Origin: Candidatus Methylomirabilia bacterium
Lineage (GTDB): Bacteria > Methylomirabilota > Methylomirabilia > Rokubacteriales > CSP1-6
Reading direction: 5' to 3'
DNA length: 10,566 bases
Assembly: GCA_046758965.1 (NCBI GenBank)
Contig: JBHIBG010000092.1
Span: 1-10,566 of the forward strand
A model generated the notes under the pieces. The model did no database searches. It was not told where the DNA came from and was given only the letters and a program-made list of their open reading frames with translations. How positions within the stretch are numbered: position 1 is the stretch's first letter; every line of letters begins with the position of its first letter. Below are positions 1 through 6,365 of the stretch, piece after piece. The translations under genes were made by a program, and so were the position numbers.

Positions 1-63
1 CCTGAAGCGAGGCAGGGCGCCCCGGCGCACGGCGAGCGCGGACTCGTGATCACTCGAAATCAT
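1..63 (-). CDS. 5' fragment of a possible gene downstream of pdhB (MISSDHESALAVRRGALPRFR...), runs off the window edge; product unknown
   Basis: ATG at 63-61, 10 nt after the pdhB stop, with 21 open codons to the edge. Only a weak SD (AGG). It does not show the usual E2 lipoyl-domain start (M..EFKLPDxGEG) within these codons. Confidence 0.3.
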   Translation of the reverse strand, partial: MISSDHESALAVRRGALPRFR

Positions 64-73
64 GACGGCCTAT

Positions 74-1054
74 CTAGAATCTCAAGGTCTCGCGCGCCGC
101 CCACACGATCCGATCGGCGTCGGGAAGCCAGCCGCGTTCACGAGCGAAGCCGGGGAAGACGACATCGGGGGCCGTGACCCGCCGGATCGGGGCTTCCAGG
201 GAGAGGAACGCCTTCTCGACGATTCGCGAGGCCACCTCAGCCCCTACCCCACAGGTCCGCTGGGCTTCGTGGGCGATCACGGCCCGGCCGGTCTTCCGCA
301 CCGAGGCCGCCACGGTCTCGGAATCCAACGGGGAGATCGAGAGGAGATCGATCACCTCCACGGAGACCCCGTCCTCCGCTTGAAGCCTCTCGGCCGCTTC
401 CTGCGCACGGCGAAGCATGGCACCGTAGGCGATGAGGGTGAGATCGTTCCCCTCCCTGGCCACCTGCGCCTGGCCGATCGGGAAGCTCTCCACCTCTTCC
501 GGCACCTCCTCCTTGAAGGCGTGGTAGAGCGCCTTGGGTTCGAAGAAGAGTACGGGGTCGGGGTCCAGGATCGCGCTGACGAGAAGCGCGCGGGCCGAGC
601 GGGGCCCCGAGGGGATCACAATCTTGATCCCGGGGATGTGGGCGTAGTAGGCCTCCTCGCTCTCGGAGTGGAACTCGAGCGCCCGGACTCCGCCGCCGTA
701 CGGCATCCGGATCACGAGCTGGCAGTGGTACCGCCCCTGCGACCGCTGGCGGTAGCGCGCGGCGTGGTTCTCGATCTGGTGGAACGCCTGGAAGGAAAAG
801 CCGGAAAACTGGATCTCGGCCACCGGCTTGAGACCGTAGAGCGCCATCCCGATCGCGCTGCCGACGATGGCCCCCTCAGCCAGGGGGGTGTCGATCACCC
901 GTTGCTCCCCGAACTTCTGCAGGAGCCCTTCGGTGACCCGGAAGACCCCCTCGTCGACCCCGACATCCTCGCCCAGGATCAAGACGTCGTCATCCCGCTC
1001 CATCTGCTGATGGAGGGCGAGGTTGATGGCCTTCACCATCGTCAGCTTGGCCAT
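74..1054 (-). CDS. pdhB: 2-oxoacid (pyruvate or branched-chain) dehydrogenase E1 beta subunit, 326 aa
   Basis: Motifs GEDVG..GVFRVTEGL, DTPLAE, PVAEIQF, IRMPYGGG..EFHSES (catalytic His), DPVLFFEPK, EVIDL.S..PLD, HEA, LEAPIRRV. SD AAAGGGGG upstream of the ATG. Confidence 0.93.
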   Translation of the reverse strand: MAKLTMVKAINLALHQQMERDDDVLILGEDVGVDEGVFRVTEGLLQKFGEQRVIDTPLAEGAIVGSAIGMALYGLKPVAEIQFSGFSFQAFHQIENHAARYRQRSQGRYHCQLVIRMPYGGGVRALEFHSESEEAYYAHIPGIKIVIPSGPRSARALLVSAILDPDPVLFFEPKALYHAFKEEVPEEVESFPIGQAQVAREGNDLTLIAYGAMLRRAQEAAERLQAEDGVSVEVIDLLSISPLDSETVAASVRKTGRAVIAHEAQRTCGVGAEVASRIVEKAFLSLEAPIRRVTAPDVVFPGFARERGWLPDADRIVWAARETLRF

Positions 1055-1066
1055 AGCGCCCCCTTT

Positions 1067-2164
1067 CTACCGCTCCCGCCGACCTTCCGTGTCGGCGAGG
1101 TAGCGGGTGAGCTCCTCCCGCTGCTCCTGAAGCTCGGCCGGCAGCTCGGCATACACGTGCGCGAAGGTCTTCAGCGGGTCCGCGTCCATGCGGGCTTCGG
1201 CCCGCTCCACCGCCGACCGGATCTCTTCAGCGATCTCTGCCTCCAGGGCGGCATGCGCGCTCTCGTCCAGCAGGCCCTTGTCCTCCAGGTACTTCCGGAA
1301 GCGGATGAGGGGGTCCTTCTTCTCCCAGGCCTTGACCTCCTCCTCACTCCGGTACTTGGTGGGGTCGTCCGCGGTGGTGTGGGCTCCCAGTCGGTAGGTC
1401 AGACACTCGATCAGGGTGGGCCCACGCCCGGCCCGGGCCCGCTCGACCGCCTCCCGGGTGGCCACGTAGACCGCCAGGATATCGTTGCCATCCACCTGGA
1501 TTCCGGGGAAGCCGTAAGCGATCGCCTTCTGGGCGAGGGTCTTGGAGCGCGTCTGCTTGCTTACGGGAGTAGAGATCGCGTACCGGTTGTTCTGGCAGCA
1601 GAAGATGACCGGGGCCTGCCAGACCCCGGCGAAATTCATCGCTTCGTGGAAATCCCCGTGGGATGTGGCCCCGTCCCCGAAAAAGCTCAGCACCACACTG
1701 TCGTCTCCCTTGTAGCGAGCGGCGTACGCCATCCCGACCGCATGCGGGATCTGGCTGGCAATGGGGATACACATGGGAAGCGCGCGGACGCCGTCCGGGA
1801 CCCGCATCCCCTCTTGGTACCCCGCATAGAAGAGGATGAACTCCTCGGGGGCCCAGCCAATCAACCAGAGGGCGGGCCATTCGCGGTAGTACGGAACGAT
1901 CCAGTCCGTGGACCGGAGCGCATAGACGCTCCCGAGCGAGATCGCTTCGTGACCCGCGATCGGTCCGAAGGTGCCGATCCGGCCCTGGCGCTGGAGCCGG
2001 AGCATCCGCTCGTCGAAGCGCCGGCCCATCAGCATGGTCCGGTAGAGACGCCTGAGATCGCCGTCGGGGATCCCTGGATCCAGGGCCCGGTCCACACGAC
2101 CCTCGGCATCGAGGATCGAGAGGAGCTCAACGGAATCAGGAAGGTCGATGGTCTGTCTCGGCAT
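1067..2164 (-). CDS. pdhA: 2-oxoacid (pyruvate or branched-chain) dehydrogenase E1 alpha subunit, Gram-positive/archaeal type, 365 aa
   Basis: RQGRIGTF; TPP/Mg motif GDGATSHGDFHEAMNFA...CQNN; TYRLGAHTTADDPTKYR loop. SD GGGGGAGGAGG before the ATG. Adjacent to E1 beta. Substrate specificity cannot be fixed from sequence. Confidence 0.93.
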   Translation of the reverse strand: MPRQTIDLPDSVELLSILDAEGRVDRALDPGIPDGDLRRLYRTMLMGRRFDERMLRLQRQGRIGTFGPIAGHEAISLGSVYALRSTDWIVPYYREWPALWLIGWAPEEFILFYAGYQEGMRVPDGVRALPMCIPIASQIPHAVGMAYAARYKGDDSVVLSFFGDGATSHGDFHEAMNFAGVWQAPVIFCCQNNRYAISTPVSKQTRSKTLAQKAIAYGFPGIQVDGNDILAVYVATREAVERARAGRGPTLIECLTYRLGAHTTADDPTKYRSEEEVKAWEKKDPLIRFRKYLEDKGLLDESAHAALEAEIAEEIRSAVERAEARMDADPLKTFAHVYAELPAELQEQREELTRYLADTEGRRER

Positions 2165-2197
2165 CCTCCTCCCCCGCTAGGCGAGACCAGCAATCTC

Positions 2198-2213
2198 TGC
2201 TACCATCTTAGCA
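2198..2213. promoter_or_regulatory. Perfect inverted repeat TGCTA-N6-TAGCA forming two back-to-back extended -10 elements (candidate bidirectional promoter or TF site)
   Basis: Plus strand reads TG-C-TACCAT (2198-2206) toward tkt. Minus strand reads TG-C-TAAGAT (2213-2205) toward pdhA. It lies in the pdhA/tkt divergent spacer. Confidence 0.5.
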
Positions 2214-2225
2214 TACAGTGTGCCA
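2210..2225 (-). promoter_or_regulatory. Putative sigma54 (-24/-12) promoter for pdhAB
   Basis: Minus strand TGGCACACTGTATGCT has exact GG-N10-GC spacing and one mismatch to TGGCAC-N5-TTGCW. It lies about 45 bp upstream of the pdhA ATG in the correct orientation. Confidence 0.55.
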
Positions 2226-2282
2226 CCGCGACGCGAGTGGCGAAAGGCTCACCGGAAGGGATCAAACTTCTAAGGGGAAGGG

Positions 2283-4148
2283 ATGGACGTCCAGCGGTAT
2301 GTCACCAGCCTTCGAGAGCGTGCCACCCGGTTGCGGATCCACTCGATTCGGGCGACCACCGCGGCGGGGAGCGGTCATCCGACCAGTTGCTGCTCGGCGG
2401 CGGACCTCACGGCGGCGCTCTTTTTCGACGTCATGCGCTTCAGGCCCGACCGGCCCACCGCCCCGGAGAACGACCGCTTTATCCTGAGCAAGGGCCATGC
2501 CGCGCCGTTGCTCTACGCCGCATGGGCCGAGGCTGGAGCGATCTCAGCCGATGCGCTCGTCACGCTTCGGCGGATCGACAGTGACCTCGAGGGCCATCCC
2601 ACGCCCCGCCTGCCGTTTGTCGACGTCGCCACCGGGTCGCTGGGCCAGGGGCTCAGCAACGGGGTGGGCATGGCCCTGGCAGGGAAGCTCGACAGGTCGC
2701 CCCGGACGGTGTTCGTCCTGCTCGGCGACGGGGAGTGCGCGGAGGGGAGTGTCTGGGAGGCTGTGGGGATCGCGGGCTACTACAAGCTCGACAACCTGGT
2801 GGCGATCGTGGACATCAACCGCCTCGGTCAGTCTCAGCCCACGATGCTCGAACATGACCTTCAGGCGTACCGCAAACGGTTCGAGGCCTTCGGCTGGCGG
2901 ACGCTCTCCGTCGACGGCCACGACATGAGCCAGGTGGCGAAGACCCTGCGCCGAGCCAAACGGCGCTCCGGGCGACCGGCAGCCGTGCTGGCGCGGACCG
3001 TTAAGGGCAAGGGCATTCCGGAGATTGAAGACCGGGAGGGGTGGCACGGGAAGCCATTGAAGGAGGAGGCGGCCAAGCAGGCTATCGCCCATCTCGAGCG
3101 CCAGCTCCAGGGGGTCAGGTTGCCGCCCGTGCAGACCCCGGAACGACCTCCCACTCAGCCTGTCGCGCCCCCTCCCGCCCTGCTGCCCCTGCCGACCCCC
3201 ACCTACGCGATCGGGGCGATGGTCGCCACCAGGGAGGCTTACGGGGAGGGGCTGGCGAAGCTCGGCAAGCTGAATCCGATGATCGTGGCGATTGACGGCG
3301 ACGTCAAGAACTCGACGTACGCGGAGCGGTTTAAGGAGGCCTGCCCCGATCAGTACGTCGAAGGATTCATCGCCGAGCAGAACATGGTCGGCGCCGGAGC
3401 CGGGCTCGCCGCATGCGGAAAGATCCCGTTCGTCTCCAGCTTTGCATGCTTCCTCACCAGGGCCTTTGATCAGATTCGGATGGCCGCCATCTCTCAGGCG
3501 AACCTCAAGTGCTGCGGGTCACACTCAGGCGTGAGCATCGGCGAGGACGGGCCTTCGCAGATGGGGCTGGAGGACCTGGCGATGTTCCGGGCCGTACCGG
3601 GCTCGACCATCCTCTATCCCGCCGATGCCGTCTCCGCCGAGCGCCTGGTCGAGCTCGCCGCCGCGCATCACGGGATGGTCTACATCCGCACCTCGCGCCC
3701 GAAGACCCCGGTGATCTACCGGGCCGACGAGCCCTTCACCATCGGCGGGATGAAGGTGCTCCGCGCCACCGAGGCCGATCGCGTCACCGTGGTGGCGGCC
3801 GGGATTACGCTTCACGAGGCGCTCGGAGCCTGGGAGCAGCTCAGAGAGCAGGGGATCCCCATCCGGGTCATCGACCTCTACTCGGTCAAACCCCTCGATC
3901 GCGAACGGCTCCTGGCCGCCGCGCACGCCACAGGGGACCGTCTGATCACCGTGGAGGACCACTACGCGGAGGGTGGGCTCGGCGAGGCAGTCCTCGAAGC
4001 CGTGGCCACTCACGGGGTCCGGGTGCACAAGCTGGCCGTGAGGGAGCTGCCCCGGAGCGGGGACCCTCAGGCGCTGCTCGACCGGCACGGGATCAGCGCG
4101 AGGCGTATCATCGACACGGTGCTCCAGGTGACGGGCGCCACCGGGTAG
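2283..4148 (+). CDS. tkt: Transketolase, single chain, animal-TKT-like, 621 aa
   Basis: GSGHPTSCCSAA, DRFILSKGHAAP, LEGHP, VATGSLGQG, TPP motif LGDGE..EGSVWEA...DINRLGQS, WHGKP, FIAEQNMVG, SHSGVSIGEDGPSQM, YIRTSRP, TVEDHY. Pro-rich inter-domain linker. SD AAGGGGAAGGG. Confidence 0.95.
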   Translation: MDVQRYVTSLRERATRLRIHSIRATTAAGSGHPTSCCSAADLTAALFFDVMRFRPDRPTAPENDRFILSKGHAAPLLYAAWAEAGAISADALVTLRRIDSDLEGHPTPRLPFVDVATGSLGQGLSNGVGMALAGKLDRSPRTVFVLLGDGECAEGSVWEAVGIAGYYKLDNLVAIVDINRLGQSQPTMLEHDLQAYRKRFEAFGWRTLSVDGHDMSQVAKTLRRAKRRSGRPAAVLARTVKGKGIPEIEDREGWHGKPLKEEAAKQAIAHLERQLQGVRLPPVQTPERPPTQPVAPPPALLPLPTPTYAIGAMVATREAYGEGLAKLGKLNPMIVAIDGDVKNSTYAERFKEACPDQYVEGFIAEQNMVGAGAGLAACGKIPFVSSFACFLTRAFDQIRMAAISQANLKCCGSHSGVSIGEDGPSQMGLEDLAMFRAVPGSTILYPADAVSAERLVELAAAHHGMVYIRTSRPKTPVIYRADEPFTIGGMKVLRATEADRVTVVAAGITLHEALGAWEQLREQGIPIRVIDLYSVKPLDRERLLAAAHATGDRLITVEDHYAEGGLGEAVLEAVATHGVRVHKLAVRELPRSGDPQALLDRHGISARRIIDTVLQVTGATG

Positions 4149-4192
4149 GGGAGCTGCGAGAAGGCCCTCGGAGAGCACCAGGGGGTGAGAGA

Positions 4193-4456
4193 ATGCGAGT
4201 AGCGTATGCCCTCGTTGCACTTGTGGCGATTGTCGCGACGATCTTCGCTTTTCAGAATCTCCAGCCGGTGATCATTCGCTTCCTGATCTGGGAACTGGAC
4301 GGGGTGCCACTGGTCGTCGTGATCCTCATCTCCGGCGGCCTGGGCGTGCTCGCGATGAGCCTCAGAAGCTTCGCCCAGCGCTTGAAGCTCCGCTCCCAAA
4401 TTCGCCAGCTCGAGTCCCGCCTCCGGCACCCTGAGAGTCCCAAACCCGCTGAGTAG
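4193..4456 (+). CDS. Small membrane protein, LapA/DUF1049 (lipopolysaccharide assembly protein A domain) family, 87 aa
   Basis: True start is ATG 4193 with SD GGGGGTGA at 4181-4188; the ORF-track extension to 3509 is an off-frame overlap with tkt. Pattern: TM-FAFQN..PV.IRFL.W....PL.VVIL....LG-TM, then a basic coiled-coil tail (RLKLRSQIRQLESRL), as in LapA-domain proteins. Confidence 0.8.
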   Translation: MRVAYALVALVAIVATIFAFQNLQPVIIRFLIWELDGVPLVVVILISGGLGVLAMSLRSFAQRLKLRSQIRQLESRLRHPESPKPAE

Positions 4457-4468
4457 CCAGAGACGACT

Positions 4469-5815
4469 ATGGAGGAACCTGTCCGCCTGATCGAGACCGT
4501 CACGGGTCTCCTCGAGGAAGAGCGCGAGGAGCGTCTCGCCTTCCTCCTCGATGAGTCCCACCCGGCCGATGTGGCCCGGGTGCTCCGGGAATTGCCTCCC
4601 GCGGAGCAGGCCCGTGTCTTCGGACTCCTGGGGCGGGAGCAGGCCGGCGCGGTCCTCCACGAGATCGACGACCAGACCCTCCTGGCGCTCGTTCGAGGCC
4701 TGGATGAGACTGAGCTCTCCGACATCTTAGACCGCATGCCAGCCGACAACGCCGCCGCGGTGGTTGACAAGCTGCCGGCGGAGCAGGCGGAGCAGATCCT
4801 GGACCTCATGAAGGAGGAGCAGGCTGAGGAGGTCCAGGAGCTTCGCGAGTACGGCGAGAAGACGGCGGGGCGCATCATGTCCCCGCGCTTCGTCGCCGTT
4901 CACGAGGACGCCACGGTCGCCCAGGCCATCGATCACGTGCGCAAGGCGGTCTCGGCCGACGAGGTGTTCTATCTCTACGTCGTCGACGACCATGGCCACC
5001 TGCTGGGTCTCGTCCCCTTCCGCCGCCTGATCACCGCCGACCCGGAATGCCCCGTGAAGCTGATCCGGGTGGAGGATGTGGTGAGCGTGACGCCGGACAC
5101 CGACCAGGAGGAGGTGGCCCGGCTGGTGGCGAAGTACAACGTCCTGGCCCTGCCGGTGGTAAGCCACGACCGGCGACTCCTGGGCACGGTCACGATCGAC
5201 GATGTGATCGATATCATCCAGGAAGAGGCCACCGAGGACATCCAACGGCTGGCGGGCGTCCCAGGCGACGAAACGGTCTTCGACCCGCACCGGGCAGTGG
5301 TCACCAAGCGTCTGATCTGGCGGCTCATCAACCTGGCGACCGCAGTCCTGGCGGCCGCGGTGATCGGCCTCTTCGAGAAGTCGATCGAATCCCTTGCCGC
5401 CCTGGCCGTCTTCATGCCGATCGTGGCCTCCATGGGCGGGATCGGAACTACTCAGACCTCCACTGTCGTCATCCGGGGACTGGCGCTCGGGGACATGATA
5501 CCGGCCCATCTCTGGCGGGTACTCAAAAAGGAAGTTCATCTGGCGCTCACCACCGGGCTCGCCAATGGCGTGGTGATGATGGCCATTGCCTACCTGTGGA
5601 AAGGGCAGATCTTGCTGTCCGTCATCGTCGGCGTGGCGCTGCTCTTCAACATGCTGGTGGCGGCTGTGGTCGGCGTGCTCGTCCCCTTAGCCCTCAAGAC
5701 CTTCCGCATCGATCCGGCAATCGCCTCCAGCGTCATTGTGACGACCTTCACGGACGTCTTCGGCTTCTTCTCCTTCCTCGGCCTGGCGACCCTGCTCATC
5801 ACCTTTCTCTTGTAG
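4469..5815 (+). CDS. mgtE: Magnesium transporter MgtE, 448 aa
   Basis: Acidic N domain (HPADVA), Y.E.TAG.IM, CBS pair (YLYVVD...LLG; DQEEVA....KY..LALPVV...LLG.VTIDDVID), plug helix EEATEDI, five TM segments with MPIVASMGG and DPA...TTFTD (pore Asp at 5753-5755). Confidence 0.96.
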   Translation: MEEPVRLIETVTGLLEEEREERLAFLLDESHPADVARVLRELPPAEQARVFGLLGREQAGAVLHEIDDQTLLALVRGLDETELSDILDRMPADNAAAVVDKLPAEQAEQILDLMKEEQAEEVQELREYGEKTAGRIMSPRFVAVHEDATVAQAIDHVRKAVSADEVFYLYVVDDHGHLLGLVPFRRLITADPECPVKLIRVEDVVSVTPDTDQEEVARLVAKYNVLALPVVSHDRRLLGTVTIDDVIDIIQEEATEDIQRLAGVPGDETVFDPHRAVVTKRLIWRLINLATAVLAAAVIGLFEKSIESLAALAVFMPIVASMGGIGTTQTSTVVIRGLALGDMIPAHLWRVLKKEVHLALTTGLANGVVMMAIAYLWKGQILLSVIVGVALLFNMLVAAVVGVLVPLALKTFRIDPAIASSVIVTTFTDVFGFFSFLGLATLLITFLL

Positions 5816-5846
5816 CGGTCTGCCCCGGGGCGCTCTCGATCTCTCC

Positions 5847-5867
5847 AACAAAACCGGGTGGCGCCGG
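5847..5867 (-). terminator. Weak intrinsic-terminator-like element
   Basis: Minus strand CCGG-CGCCAC-CCGG followed by TTTTGTT. The stem is only 4 bp. Confidence 0.25.
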
Positions 5868-6070
5868 GATTCCCCAAGGCGTACCCCGGGGGGTTGCTAC
5901 CACCTGCCTCGGTGGAGGGTCCGCCGCCTTGTTCCCGTTCGCTTCTGCGGGTTGGCGCGGCTTCCCACGGCCCGAACCGTGAGCCACTGGCTTAAGCGTT
6001 CACGCACTCCACTTTGGCGCCGCTCGTCGCGCTCAATCGCGAGCTGGCGACGGACGCCGTCGCACAGCTT
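5847..6070 (-). ncRNA. Candidate structured non-coding RNA of unrecognised family (strand tentative)
   Basis: Consecutive stems: 5872-5891 (minus CCCCGGGG-UACG-CCUUGGGG), 5900-5915 (CCACC/GGUGG), 5921-5960 (two-tier stem), 5964-5983 (minus CUCACGGU-UCGG-GCCGUGGG), 5982-5992, 5996-6005 and 6042-6069 (12 bp, one bulge). Unpaired bases are A-rich on the minus strand. No credible ORF covers it. Confidence 0.4.
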
Positions 6071-6199
6071 CCGCTGCCCCACCTGACGATCAGCAAGCGA
6101 AGTATGGCGTTGGACCGTTAACGACGCGCGGGGACTGCGGCGGGTGAACTGACGGGCAAGCGGTCGGTTCCTCGCCGGCCTCACCCGGCATCAAAGGTC

Positions 6200-6245
6200 T
6201 GACGACAGCGTGACACCCGGCTCCTCGCTGCGTGTCATCATGGCA
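6200..6245. promoter_or_regulatory. Cluster of TGAC/GTCA half-sites, candidate upstream activator sequence
   Basis: TGACG at 6200; TGACAC (6211-6216) inverted to GTGTCA (6232-6237); TGTCA-N3-TGGCA (6233-6245). About 70-115 bp upstream of the -24 box, separated from it by an AT-rich tract (6270-6300). Confidence 0.3.
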
Positions 6246-6312
6246 TCTCGCTGAAAGTCGGTCCGCGAGATAAGAACTAATCTTTTTACGTAGATCCAAC
6301 GAGACAGACGGT

Positions 6313-6328
6313 TGGCATCCTCCCTGCA
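6313..6328 (+). promoter_or_regulatory. Putative sigma54 (-24/-12) promoter for the 6366-6908 gene
   Basis: TGGCATCCTCCCTGCA with GG at 6314-6315, 10 nt, then GC at 6326-6327. Predicted TSS about 6339, 27 nt before ATG 6366. Confidence 0.55.
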
Positions 6329-6341
6329 CTTGATCCGTGCA
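6325..6341. promoter_or_regulatory. TGCAC-N7-GTGCA palindrome (NtrC-box-like) overlapping the -12 element and predicted TSS
   Basis: TGCAC TTGATCC GTGCA matches the outer arms and 17-bp length of the NtrC consensus TGCACCA-N3-TGGTGCA; the inner CA/TG bases are not matched. Confidence 0.4.
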
Positions 6342-6365
6342 GGAGGCTGCTCTTCGAGGGGGGTC

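Noticed and set aside
2165..2282. TPP riboswitch expected between TPP-dependent enzyme genes
   Set aside because: No CUGAGA or ACCUGA core on either strand.
62..2584. 840-aa plus-strand ORF
   Set aside because: It is codon-aligned antisense to the in-frame pdhA and pdhB. It stays open because TTA/CTA/TCA codons are rare in GC-rich genes. No recognisable motifs.
3509..4192. Long N-terminal extension of the LapA-like ORF (315 aa in the track)
   Set aside because: Off-frame overlap with tkt, with Arg/Gly/Pro-rich composition. An SD supports ATG 4193.
5940..5995. Cobalamin-riboswitch-like words (GCCACTG on plus, GGGAAGCC on minus)
   Set aside because: They are on opposite strands, with no T-loop or B12 box.
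5861..6001. Plus-strand resemblance to the c-di-AMP (ydaO) riboswitch: CCCGAACCGTGAGC...TAAGCGTTC
   Set aside because: The conserved GGGGUGAAU and CAGCUAAC cores and the P2 pairing are absent, and the next gene is over 350 bp away behind its own predicted promoter.
5840..6020. About six GGA motifs on the minus strand suggesting a CsrB/RsmZ-type sponge
   Set aside because: They are not in hairpin loops and the count is not clearly above chance at this GC content.
5859..6022. 8-bp direct repeat TGGCGCCG as a target-site duplication of a MITE
   Set aside because: No terminal inverted repeats inside the flanks, no second copy, and GC-rich 8-mers recur by chance.
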